Source: Octopus sinensis (taxonomy: Eukaryota). From it: a stretch of DNA of 64,000 nucleotides. The translations under genes and the position numbers were made by a program. The DNA lies in contig NC_043011.1 of NCBI RefSeq assembly GCF_006345805.1, positions 64,988,464 through 65,052,463 on the forward strand, written 5' to 3'. Below the pieces are notes generated by a model. That model had not been told where the DNA came from, made no database searches, and was given only the letters and a program-made list of their open reading frames with translations. Below are positions 13,430-26,417 of the stretch, one piece after another; positions within the stretch are counted from its first letter, which is position 1, and every line of letters starts with the position of its first letter.

Positions 13430-14608
13430 AATACATATATATATACATATATATATGCATAGAAAAACATGCATAGCTCCATACATACACACACACGTAC
13501 TTACGTGAATGCACGTGCACAGTGTCGTACACGCATGCGCCCTAACGGACAAACGAAAAGAACGCGGCTCCAATAAAGGAGAGAATCAACGACAATAAAA
13601 GAGGTCGCAAGTGGGAATGAAAATTTAGACGAAATAAATAAAGGAGTGGAAATCGAACCAGCGGGTGTGTTTATTGATATTGCAATAAAACAGAATGACT
13701 CACACTGGACACAATACAATATGTTTCAACACAGAAATTCACGTAAGGAATCTTTCCTACCGAATACAAAATGAAATAATAATGTGTGTAACCCCTTGTG
13801 GGCAATAAAGAAATATATATCTCATAATTCACAATAATGTGTTGTTTTTTTTTATTTCTCGCCTAACATTCGAGCTTTTTCCTCTTGAAAAATTTTCACT
13901 TGGTTTTTCTATCCGTTTTGCCTATTTTATACCAGTTTTAAACCGTAAATGCGCTTTCAGTGGTACCAATTATGCAGTTCTTACCGACGAATCCATGATG
14001 ATTTCAATGGTAATACAGGTCTTACTCCAATGGATATAACGTAAAACCTACATTGTTTCGCAATGGTAATGCTGATAACGGCATTTAATGTTGAAAATTT
14101 GTTAGTTTATGTATAGAATAATTTGTGTGATGAATTTCATACGAACCCCCAACAAAACGAATCTTCCATACACCCTTATATACACACGCACAGAAACGCT
14201 GTAGACAATCAAGGAAACACACGTACACATACACACGCACGCACACATACATATGCCTGCACACAAATGCACACACACACACACAAACTCGCACAAATAC
14301 ATATGCACACACGGACATATATAGAGATGGAGATAGTGAGAGAGAAAGAAAAAATTTCACCTGTTGTTACAATCAACAATATCTTTAATATTTCTCATTG
14401 ATATTGAGACTGTCATGTGTTGGTGTCCTTGAAGTTACAAATTTTAAGGGTGTATGAAATACTGAAAGGACCAAGATTCAGGTATTTAATTCCTTCTCCA
14501 TCTCTTTTCTCAGGCTTCCAAAAAATATCTTTTGTTAAACCAATAAAAATTACAGTTGAACGCAAACAAATCGTCATTGCATGATCGTTTTTTTAATTTA
14601 AATTTACA

Positions 14609-14665
14609 TTAATAACATAATAAAGTAACGACAAATCCAAGAAGGAATATTCTTTGAATGGTCAT
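14609..14665 (-). CDS. Six-Cys family unit B, terminal exon (MTIQRIFLLGFVVTLLCY*), hydrophobic GPI-signal-like tail
   Basis: gttctcttttcag acceptor conserved at 47800 and 63021; phase 0 is the only frame giving a comparable open tail in all three copies and matches the upstream microexons. Confidence 0.72.
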   Translation of the reverse strand: MTIQRIFLLGFVVTLLCY

Positions 14666-15663
14666 CTGAAAAGAGAACAGAACACATTTTATCGACGTAT
14701 TATCAAAGTAATTCGATAAGAAATATACGAGACTGAAAATTCATAGGTCGACTATTAAGGGGTAATGCTAGAGTTGTGCATTCTTGCTTACCTCAATTTG
14801 AACCTACTTTATTTATTACTGAACTGATTATATTTTTACTGACATCAGACTGAAACACGAAACGCTAGATGAAACAAATAAACGACATTCTTTCGGAAGA
14901 AAATTCCCCGCCTTCCAAAAAATTTAAAAGTTAGACATTGGGAATTTGTTGCTATTTGAAAGGGGTGAGGTATGTTTGGGAAGGAGATTGAAGTGTTTCT
15001 TTGAGACGAATAGAACATTCCTAAAGAGGTTTGCTCAGTTGTTTTTTTTTCCCAGAGGATTAGAAAGAAAACCTTTGGAAAAAGTAAAATGAAGAAATTG
15101 TGTTGGGGTGGGAGAAAATTAAAATACTGGCGAGTGAAATCCTAAACTCCAGTATCAAAAACATAGGATTCGGAAGAAATAATGGAAACAAAAAAGGTGG
15201 GGAAACAAATGTCACGTCGGACATGCTAGAAACTACAGGTAAAGGACTGGATTTGTGGGAAAACTTCCTTTTAAGTTTATATCGAAATCAAGTTTTGAAA
15301 TACGCTAATCACAAACAGCATGGCCACAGCTCGTGAGCTGAAACTAGATAAAAATAAAAAAAATATATAAATATATATTAAAGAATATAAAACGGTCATT
15401 TCAATTTGATAAGGGCTATAATTTTGCGCGTGCAAGCACCAAGGAATGACATGTTCTACATGTTTTACCTAGAATGCGTGTGTATGCGCATGACAATGTG
15501 TGTGTGTGTGTGTATGCGAAAGGAAGTAAGTTTATGGTATTCTTTCTTTGAGGTAGGAAAGTTATCAACTCACTCATACGGTCGATCGAATAGGATCATA
15601 TTATTATTATTATTATTATTATTCAGTAGTTTTATTTTTATTATTATTATTATTCAGTTTTAT

Positions 15664-18184
15664 TTTTATAGCGTGGTTTCACTTCACTACCGAGCGCAGC
15701 TCTGTGTGTCTTGGGTATGTGCTGTGATTTGTTGTGATGCTCCGATGGTTATTGTATGGAAAGTGTTCTGCGTAGGATGTGTGCAGTGCCTAGAAGTGCA
15801 ATTTTCTGTATGTTATATGTGTTTGTAAGTCCTGGTGTTTTTGTTATGTATTTGTCTGAATATTTTTTTATCATGCCTAATGCACTTACTATGATAGGAA
15901 TTGTTTCTGTTTTCAGATTCCATATTCTAGTTACCTCTATTTCCAGGTCTTTGTATTTTGAAAGTTTCTTCATTTCTTTTAGAGACGCATTGTCATCTGC
16001 CGGTATTGATACATCAATTAGAAAGCATTTTTTTCTTCACGATCTCTGACAACTATATCTGGTCTGTTGGTCTTAATTTCTCTATCTGTGTGTATCGGCA
16101 TATCCCAGAGTATGGTTGCTTTCTCGTTTTCTGTGACCTTTTCTGGTGTGTGCCTATACCATCTTTTTTCTGTTGTTATTCCATAATGTTGGCATAGCTT
16201 CCAATGTATGTAGGTTCCAACTCTGTCATGTCTGTGAATATATTCCTTCTTAGCCAGGACTGGGCAGCCAGAGGTAATATGATTTATTGTTTCTTGTCCA
16301 TCTCCACATATTCTGCAGTTACTTGTAATATTTCTTTTCATTACATGTTTTTGGTAATTTCTGGTGGGAAGGCTTTGGTCTTGTGCTGCAATTAAAAATG
16401 CCTCTGTCTCTGCTTTGAGTCCTGAGCTTCTCAAAAATTGCTGGGATTTTTCTTTTGCGTTTAGTTTAGTCCAGTATTTACCATGAAGGGGCTTTCCTTG
16501 CCATCGTTTTAACATGGTTCGTTGCTGCTCTAGTTTTAGTTTGGATTTCATTTGTTTTATAGCTTTTGTTGTTTCTTCATCTCCTTCTTCATCTTCTTCA
16601 TATTTATAAGGTGGTATGATTTCTTGTTTGTATTTGTCATCTTCCTTAAATACTGAGAACAGTTTTTGTTTCGCTATTTGTAACAGTTTTCCTTCCTTCT
16701 GAAGTAGATATTTTTTGCAGTTCTATGGTGGTTATTTTATAGTTGTTTTGCAACTGTATAAAGCCCCTACCACCTTCCATACGTTGTATATATAGTTTTT
16801 TATGTCAGATTTTGGGTGATGCATCCTAGATCCTGTCATTATATTTCTTGATTTCCTATCTATTTTAGTCAGTTCATTTAGTGTCCAGTTAAGGATATTG
16901 TAACTGTAACTTATAACAGGGACAGCTAATGTGTTAATACCTATTACCTTGTTTTAGCATTGAGCTCTGTTTTTTTATTCTTTTTTTTACTTCTCTTTCA
17001 TTTATGTGTGTTGTGTCTTATCTAGTTCATGGATTCCTAAATATTTGTAAGTTTGGTTTGGTCTAATTCTTTTATATCATTGGTTTTATCTAGTGTGATG
17101 TTGTTAGTCTTAACTAGTTTTCCTCTTTTCAGGGTTACTTTGGCGCATTTTTCTAATCCAAATTTCATATCTATTTCTTAGGTAAATCGATGAACTGTCT
17201 TTAACAGTTTTTCCAGCTGTTTGTCATTTGCAGCGTATAGTTTTAGGTCATCCATATATAAAAGGTGGTTGATCGTTTTGCCGTAACATTTATATCCGCA
17301 TCCAGTTCTATTTAGCATATGAGATAGAGGTGACAGTGCCAAGCAGAAAAGGAGTGGATAGAGCATGTCTTCCTGGAATATACCTCTTCTAATGGGGATG
17401 TCTTTGGTTTTCATGAGTCCCTCTTTTGTTTGGAGCTGTAGCACTGTTTGTCATTTATTCTTAGAGTGCCCAATGAATTTTATAATTGCTGGTGCTACTT
17501 TTTTAATGACTAGTGTTTCGAGGATCCATGTGTGGGTGATGCTATCACATTCCTTTTTGTAGTCGATCCAGGCCTTACTGAGGCCTCTCTTCTTTCTGTG
17601 GCTGTCTTCAGTTATGGCTGTATTAATCATTAGTTGATCTTTACAGCCATATGAGCCCTTGCGGCATCCTTTCTGCTCTTCTGGAAAGAGGTTAATTTCG
17701 TCCAGGTGCTTGTTGAACCTTTGCGATATCACTGCAGTAAATGTCTTGTACATTGTAGGGAGACAGGTTATTGGTCTGCAGTTTTCTGGTTTTGCTGTCT
17801 CATTTGATTTGGGAATTAAGATGGTTTTTCCCTTTCGTGAGCCATTCAGGCATTGTCTCTGGCTCTGCTAGTATGTTGTTAAAGTTTTCAGCTTTTTGTG
17901 CATTCCTGTTATATATTTCAACCAGAAGTTGGGGATCTTGTCATGCCCAGGTGCCTTCCAGTTACTTAGTCTTTGCAGTGCCTGGGTGACCTCTTCAGTT
18001 GTTATGGAGGTCCAAAGCTGCTCAGATGCTGAGTTTGTTGTTTTAATACTCCTTTTTGTTTGGTTGTTCGTTCGCCGACCATATTTCTCTCCAGTATTCT
18101 TCCACTTCTGCCGTTGGTGCTGCAGTGATTTCTATTTTATTTTTGCCCAGATCTTGGTAGAACTTTTGGGGGTTGGAGTTGAAC

Positions 18185-18189
<5 letters not shown>
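15664..18189 (-). mobile_element. R4/Dong-like non-LTR retrotransposon (RT, CCHC and restriction-like endonuclease), frameshifted and 5'-truncated, flanked by (TAA)n
   Basis: HLLYMDDLKLY; CRICGDGQETINHITSGC; HRHD; RPDIVV; KLSKYKDL; (TTA)n at 15600-15655 and 18190-18292. Confidence 0.88.
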
Positions 18190-18262
<73 letters not shown>

Positions 18263-19288
18263 ATTTTTATTATTATTATTATTATTATTATTGTTGTTCA
18301 GGTCACTGCTTGGAATCGAAGTTGGAGTCTTGTGGTTAGTAGCTCGCGTTCTTAATCACTACGCCATAGTGGTGAAGTGTGTGGGTTAATAACCCAAAGA
18401 TTTCTAGTTCCATTCCAAGCAATGACCTGAACAATAGGGAAAACGCCCATGGATTCTAAGGCAATGCATTTTGGTTCATCAGAAAATGCTCCCGCACAAA
18501 CGTCTTCTGTTTCAATGACTGCCCTGCTTTGAACTGGTTGAGTACCCAACTTCTCCATCTGATGCGGACCCATTTGCTTCACGTTCTTTCCCTCACGTAC
18601 AAAAAAGAAAAAATAATAATTTGCCCGGATCTTATATCTCAGTGATGTTGAAATTATATTCACTCTTTATCGACTGATTGTGCAATAGGAATACAGCATT
18701 TTCATCCATGGAACGGAAGCACTAAACACCACGCCGGTATTCAGTGAACTGCGATGTTTCATTATCTATATGAGAATTCAGTCTGTGATGGTTTCAGTCA
18801 ATACTCTGATTTTCATCTTCATTACCCAATGTTGTGATTTACCATCAAGTTTAGTGAACCAGTTCCTGATGACGTTTAATTTGAAACCAAAACAGGAGGA
18901 GAAAAATTATAAGAATTCAATGTGACGCAAGATGGCAACGAGATACATGCTCAGACTTCCGCTATGCAATAACTAATTAACGTCTTGCTATTTCAGTAAG
19001 ACGAAATGTTCCACATAAGAAGCAAGACACCTCAGGCCACAGTAGAACTGCTGGAGATTAGAGAAGAGTTCGATATTTTACAATAACTTTTCCTCTGTAA
19101 AGAAACTCCTGAATTAGATTTAAAAAATTCACTATATTTGTCGGCTTCGTAGTGTCTGGGTAAATGTAATATGCAATTAGTTTATCCGTTTTAACGTGAT
19201 ATCCGACTTCCTATAGTGATAGAATGTAGTATTGGTAATTTAATTATTTCGAACACTGAAAGATTTTGAAGAAATAATTATGACGTAC

Positions 19289-19321
19289 CTCGTTACGCTT
19301 TGAACTGCTTTTCAGTTTTTG
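19289..19321 (-). CDS. Six-Cys family unit B, second linker microexon (QKLKSSSKRNE)
   Basis: ttatgttttcag|33 nt|GTACGT; phase 0/0; lies in an internal duplicate of the intron scaffold. Confidence 0.65.
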
Positions 19322-21862
19322 CTGAAAACATAAATAATGTATTTCTTGAAAGAAAATACAACAAATTAGAATTTACTGTAAGTTCACACATAACGGGTAT
19401 TGACATACAGATGGATTCTATAATACAAGATTTATTATAATGATTATTTAATATGCACTGTATGCCCATTGCTTATTAAAGTGAAATTATCAGCTGTATC
19501 CAATCTATCTTAACGTAGCAATCTTTCAGCGATCTGTGTTTGTGATAAAACACAATGAAAAATCTCCAGGCACTAATTAGTTTAATTACCAATTTCTTAA
19601 ACATAAGTTGGAAGGAATAATACAGTGTAGCCTTTTTGGTTTTTAGAAGTCAGTTTTTCTTAAATAGCATTATGATCGGTGATCATTGTAGAAATATTAT
19701 AGAATTACGCAAAAGAACCGTTATTGCATTACTCCATTTGTTTAACTTTATAATGATAATATAATAGAGAACCAACAAATTCATAAGTTGACTATGAAGT
19801 AGTAACGCTAGTGCTATACATTCTTGCATGCATCGAGTTGAACGTTACTTTATAAAACCTGCATTGCTTTTTTTTTTAGAAATTAACTGACGTCTGACTG
19901 TTAACAGAGACTGGAAAAAGTAACAAGTACACATGGTCATAGATGACAGACGAGTGACTATAAACCAGACTATTTTTTAAGTATTCTTCTAGTGAAATCA
20001 TAACCAGCACTGATTTTTGGCCCCAACGTTTCGTATCGAGATGTTCTATGTAAACAATTAAATCAAAGACAAAATTGAGTAATGCGTGTATAAACCATAT
20101 TTCACGGGTTTCGCCCCTTCGTCAGTACCCATCACACCCACACTTGCTTCTGAATGCAATGTTTGTATTACTACCGCATGCAACTGTGTTAAATTATTGG
20201 ATTTACTGATGTACATATTAAACGTATTGTTGAAGCTGAGCACTGATAACGCAGTACAACGTGATTTTTATTTATACAAAACATTTAATATATTCTATAG
20301 TATATTATAGTTGCATAACAAAATACCACGTTTCTATAGGACTTTAATATAAATCAAATAGCCAATGATATCAGAATATACCATGTGAAAATTCAGAATA
20401 ATTTCCTAAAGGAACTTAGTATGACGTGGATTTCTTCTCGGTGTGTCTACGTCTTCTGACTTCTGACCGAAAGCGAACCAGGCCGACAAGTCACGGAAAA
20501 ATCTAATATTGCTTGAAGCAGGTCCAGCTGCTTTCCGTGAACGTTAATTAACACAGCGTAAGTGTTGCCTTTATCACTTAGAACAAGAGATAATGACACT
20601 TTACATGTAGTATAAACACATATAAATGTTACTTTTGAAGCTGGTCAAGGTGGTTTTATTTGCATGTAGGTTGATAGACGAAGACTATGTGCATGCAACG
20701 TAATTGTGTTTGATGACCACCTTCAAAACGGCCATAATATCCACGGAGAGTTTTATGTCAATTTACTGAGGTAGAGGAAAATGTCTATGAACAGAAAACG
20801 CCCACGAAGACTGCGTAAATAGACTTTTTTCGGAACAAAATGCTGCAGCACAAATGTCACCGGTTAAAATGGCTGTTTTGCTTTGAACTGGTTGATTGCC
20901 CAACGTATTCATCTAATTTAGACCTATCTCTCTAACGTAGCGTATCACCACGCGTGAAAATAACAATTGGCTGGGATCCTTTATCGTAGTGTTGGGGAAA
21001 TGCTATCCGTTGATGATGGAATTTTTTGGCAACAGCATTATAGCATTGTTATCCATGGAATCCAAGCACTAAAACACCGCGAGAATAATCAATGCACTGT
21101 AAGGTTTCACAATCAATTAGAGATTGAAGTCTGAGAAAGTTTCAGTCAATCCTCATATTTTCATCTGCATTAACTGTTGTGGAGAATTATCAGCAAATTT
21201 AGAGAACAAATTCCTAATGAAACCAAACCAGTGGGTGAAATATTATAGGAATTCAATAATGATATGTCAGAGCAGTCAGTTCCTTGGGGCGCAAGATCAT
21301 AAAGAGTTACAGTTTTAAATTCCCTATAGGCGATGATTAATTCTACATTTTGCAATTTCAGTAAGACGAAATACTGAAGACGAAAGGCCGCTTGAAGCCA
21401 CAATAGATTTGTTGGAGATTATGCAAGCGTTCAGAATTTTACAATAACTTTTCCTATTATAAAGCAATTCCTGAATAACCTTAAATATATTCTGTTGTGT
21501 CTGGGGAGAGTCATTTTCTTTTTGTGCCTTATTATGTAAAACACTCACTGGTAAAATTTCCCCTTATTTCTTATTTTTATTGTCCTAAAATTTTAGTTGC
21601 GTCTTGCAACCTTTTCAATAGTTTTGACTTTTGAATATATATTTTCTATAGTTTTGACTCTTAAATATATTTTTTCTATAGTTTTTAATTCTTAAATATA
21701 TTTTTTCAGCTTTGTGATGTATTAGTAAACGTAACATGAAAGTAGTGCATTCGTATTAACCTGATATCAGATTTTCTTTAGTACTGGAATTGAGTACTGG
21801 TAACTGATATATTGCAGAAGAATAAATAAAAAGGAAGCAGTAATGGCAGTGAAGTGACGTAC

Positions 21863-21889
21863 CGTTTGTGCCGAGACAGTGATGCCATT
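21863..21889 (-). CDS. Six-Cys family unit B, first linker microexon (NGITVSAQT)
   Basis: ttgcgttttcag|27 nt|GTACGT; phase 0/0. Confidence 0.72.
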
Positions 21890-22442
21890 CTGAAAACGCA
21901 AAAGCAAACACAATATATTTCTTGAAAGAAAATGCAACAGGTTAACATTTATTTTATATTCAATAATACATGATTTTAATATACACATGAATTCTATTAT
22001 AGAAGACTCAGCATTAAGATTATTTAATGTAGACTATATGCCCATTGCTTATTACAGTACAATTATCGGGCGTATCAACCTATGTTCATGTAGAAATCAC
22101 TCGGCGATCTGTGTTTGTGATAAAATGTAATGAAAATTCTCCTGGCACTTATTAATTTGTCTACCAGTTCATTAAAGATTACAGGAAATAATAAAGATTG
22201 TGCTTGTAGAAATGACTGATTTTTTTTTGGGAAATCAGTTATTCTTGAATGCCATAATTTTTCGTTATCATTGCAGAAATAACTTTAATAGTCCATATCA
22301 AAATATTTGAACTTAGTTAGTTAAAATTCAATTATACAAACACTGCCGTTGGAAGCTAAAAAATGTTTTAAAAATAATTTTTCAGAAAAAATTCACAGAC
22401 CACGACAAAATATTATACTGATAACGATAACAATTAACTTAC

Positions 22443-22527
22443 GAAACAGTCGTGAGAAGGTGCAAATAACGAAAAACACTCAGGTGGGGTGGCAGCACGA
22501 AAGCATTTAATAAACGTTTCGTACACC
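22443..22527 (-). CDS. Six-Cys family unit B, exon 3 (VYETFIKCFRAATPPECFSLFAPSHDCF)
   Basis: catttgcag|85 nt|GTAAGT; phase 2 in, phase 0 out; Cys 4-6. Confidence 0.85.
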
Positions 22528-22579
22528 CTGCAAATGAAAATTGAGAGGTTAAGAGTGAAATTCCAGAGGTATAATTTTT

Positions 22580-22895
22580 TTATTCTTTTACTTGTTGCAG
22601 TCATTTGACTACGGCCATGCCGGAGCACCAGCTTTCGTTGAACAAATCAGCCCCCAGTACTTATTCTATCGGTCTATTTTGCCGAACCGTTAAGTTACGG
22701 GGACGTAAACACACCGACATCGGTTGTTAATAGATGTTGGGGACAGACACAGACACATGTACACACACACACACATATATATATGACGGGCTTCTTTCAG
22801 TTTCCATCTACTAAATTCACTCACAAGGATTTGGTCGGCCCCAGGATATAGTAGAAGACACGCAGGTGCTAAACAGTGGGACAGAACCAGGAACA
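22580..22895 (-). mobile_element. tRNA-derived SINE; related copy at about 44630-45030 (+)
   Basis: Shared ggttc.gtcccactg...gccgaccaaatccttgtgagtg.attt.gtaga.ggaaactgaaagaagcccgtc core. Confidence 0.75.
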
Positions 22896-22980
<85 letters not shown>

Positions 22981-23673
22981 TATATGTATGTTTGTGTGTA
23001 TACATATATACACACGTACATATACAGGCATATAATGCTGATGGGTCAGTCTATGTACTTGAAGGGTATAAAAATAATTCTTCTTAAACAAGGAAGAATA
23101 TTATTGCCACAAACCCCGTAGATTCACTTTTCACCCGGTTAAGATTTTAACGCACCTGAGAATAGATAGGGTGTTCATTAACTCCAATGCATTGCAGTCC
23201 GGCTGTAGTGTGGCTCGGTGAGGTAAAAAAATCACTTAGACTTCTGATATTTTTTCATCTTCTTCAAAAAATTGCTTTGGAATATTCTTTCTGCGATTTC
23301 TAAGATCCTTTCTCTCTTTTTTGTTCTCTTTCACCTTCCACCTCTCTCTCTATCTCTCTCTTTCTTTCTATGCGTTACTTTCTTTTTCTCTTCATAATAA
23401 CCTTGGTTTTTACTCTTCCTCTCCTGCCACTATCACGTGACCCGTAACAACCTAGGTTTATTTTTTTCTTTCTTCGTTTACCATTGACCCGTTCCACCAC
23501 GTTTCTCACTGCCCTTCACATTTGTCCTACATAGTTTATTCATCTTTTCTTTTGTTCAGACGCTCTCTCTGCCACACATGTGTCGCTAGACCTACAGGAC
23601 GTTTATCATTTTCATTTCCGTTACCCGTATTCCTCAGTCTAGCTGCTACACGTATACATTTCATGTATAATTA

Positions 23674-23746
<73 letters not shown>

Positions 23747-24077
23747 TAATTTAATTTGTCATATTTGCTTTTGCTTTTCTCCTGCATGTTTGCTAGCTGT
23801 CCCTACTGTCCCTACTGTCGCCAAAATGAGGGAAATGTATGAACGTCAACGGCGCGAAACCGTTGCTATGTCTTGAAAGCTGACTGATTAGAAATTATCT
23901 AAGGATGTTACTACTGTTATAATTTTATGAAATTTTACATTTCTTATGACTTTGTGACATTTTCCTTTGGCTATATTTTCTTCAAATATTCCATTTTGTA
24001 TGTGTTTCTTAAATTTTCCGATTTTTTTCTTGTTCAATCATACACACACACACACACGCACACTTATACAGATGTAC

Positions 24078-25070
24078 ATGGTCTGATTAATTAATATCCA
24101 GAATGTTGACAGAGCTGAAGCATGCAGAGTGAATCCGCTTGGTACAGATTGACCACGACCTCGAACTCTGCTGAGAATGCGCACTAAGTCTTATAGTTCT
24201 GGCTCATATCCGCTGCTTACATTAGTGCCTGAAATGCAGGTGTTTAGCGCGTCTTCTATTCATTGAACTTGGTAGAGAATGTTAAGAAGAGAATATGCAG
24301 CAAACTTTGCCAATCGCTTGGCGATAACTGCTTAGAGGTCTACAAAACATTTCACAAATTTTTCATCGTTCTCCACGAAATCGATGAGAAAATATGCAAC
24401 TGAAACCCGAGTGAGCGGCTTTAGCTCGAACTTGGCAGATGCGCGTCTCATACACAATTTCCCAGCGGGAAAGACTGGACTGAATTGAAACTAATCTGCT
24501 CATTATTTGCTTAATCACGGATGTTCGTCCGATTATTTTCCGTCACATTTGCACGAACATTTGCGGTGTTTTTCTCATTTTTGCTGCTAACTGATCTCCC
24601 CGAGCGTTCGTCACTATCGGCCATCTTGGAAATGTCTGAAGCAATTGTACACTTCTGTCCGTCTTATTCGATACTCTCCATGCACTTCCTCCAAATTTAC
24701 ATAGACCTCTTATCACATATAACCATGACAACATTCTCTTTCAAGAAATACATACACATCAATGTATATATACGGTCGAGTATACTTATATCTATATATG
24801 CACATGTTTAATGTATATAATGAATCAACGAAACGCATTTGCGTGTATTGTTTCAAGCGGTTCGGTACGAATATTTAGCTTGAGATATGCACAAGACACA
24901 CGATACACACCGTCGTTTCAAGCACTGCTCTAAAAATCGGAGGTGAGCAACAACAATAAGACGGAATGCGCATGCGCTGCGGATTTTAAGGTCAATTTCT
25001 GTGGCTTCACGCTGCGTGCTTCAGCTCTTCTACAATGACAGCAGACATGATACTCATTAAACCAGACCCC
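24078..25070. mobile_element. Degenerate mariner-type element; related element at about 55311-55985 with clearer terminal inverted repeats
   Basis: ggtctgat...atc ends and shared internal ctctgctg.gaatgcgcactaagt.tta..gttctggctca. Confidence 0.6.
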
Positions 25071-25364
25071 ATTTATATGTATGCGTGTGTGTGTATACAC
25101 ATACATACATACATATATAGATATATATTACAATTAATAAGAGTAATGACCACTAGAGTGGATTCCTATATGCTAATGATTGACGTCAAATCGCCTTACC
25201 ACGATTTTTTTTATCAAGAAAAAATTTCTGGCGTTTACTGAGATTTTTTCTTGAGGACACACGCATCGTGGAATGGTGATTTGACGCCTATCCTTAGAAT
25301 ATAGGAATCCACTTTAGTGGTCATTTAGTTTATTAATATAATATTTAAATCTTCGTTTTTAATA

Positions 25365-25485
<121 letters not shown>

Positions 25486-25544
25486 ATATATGTAGATAGA
25501 TATGTACATATACCCGCACACATACACACAAACACGCACACACA

Positions 25545-25608
<64 letters not shown>

Positions 25609-26029
25609 TGATATATACCCACTTATAGACATATATATACGTATATGTATGTATATATATATATATATGTGTGTGTATGTGTGGAGATACCTCAATTAGT
25701 AGATATGTTTATGAATCGCAGAAATAATTATGTTTCGATTCATAACTTTAAAGATTATAATTGTAATAATTAGCACTTTATAAATCAGAGATTTCTGAGA
25801 AGTACAATATAAGGTAGGCCAGTATATTATTAGTGGGCAGCAAACTGACTATTGTTATACAGATAAGTTTCGTCTAAACTTTAATGGAGACGTTATACAC
25901 ACACACACACATATATATATAACACATATTATTTCGCCTGATGTCTATGCGCAATTAAATTTACATTTATATAATCTTGACCAGTTTCAAATTTCGATGA
26001 AATATAATTTGCACGTATTTGATACTTAC

Positions 26030-26129
26030 CAGCAGTTGTCGTGGTTTTTAACATAGTATTGATAATCTTTCTCACACGATTGGTGCGCCAACGCTAAGCA
26101 TTTCTTATCCACATCGGTGGTTGATGAAC
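26030..26129 (-). CDS. Six-Cys family unit B, exon 2 (SSTTDVDKKCLALAHQSCEKDYQYYVKNHDNCW)
   Basis: cgtacgtatag|100 nt|GTAAGT; phase 1 in, phase 2 out; Cys 1-3. Confidence 0.85.
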
Positions 26130-26417
26130 CTATACGTACGAAAAATCGTTTATAGTTCATAAAACCGCAGATATTTATGTTAATATTTCGTGTTAACAGA
26201 AATTCCTAGCAGAAACCTCAGCAGCTGCATTTGGTAGAAGTTTCATTCCAGTTTGTAAGATACATCTTTCTGAAGATGCAGATATTAACTTCTCCATCAT
26301 GCTTATAGATGATAGGAACACACACTCTCACACACATCTATTCCTTCTTGTGTGTGTGTGTATGTGTCTGTGTGTGCATGTCTGTGTTTTTATATATGTT
26401 TATATATACACACACAC

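Noticed and set aside
14609-14665. Terminal exon read as an independent ATG-initiated signal peptide or micropeptide
   Set aside because: The ATG directly follows a conserved polypyrimidine-CAG acceptor, and the frame ends in a stop with no donor; it fits a C-terminal tail
20085-20130. Hammerhead-like CTGACGA...GAAA on the minus strand
   Set aside because: Stems I and III are not convincingly formed; at most a decayed remnant
26030-26054. Reading as a short first exon MLKTTTTA (and MPKTKTIA at 7545-7569) with an upstream TATA
   Set aside because: It ends in phase 1, which is incompatible with the phase-2 exon 3. The 100-nt internal-exon reading has a conserved acceptor and conserved cysteines, and better signal-peptide exons exist upstream
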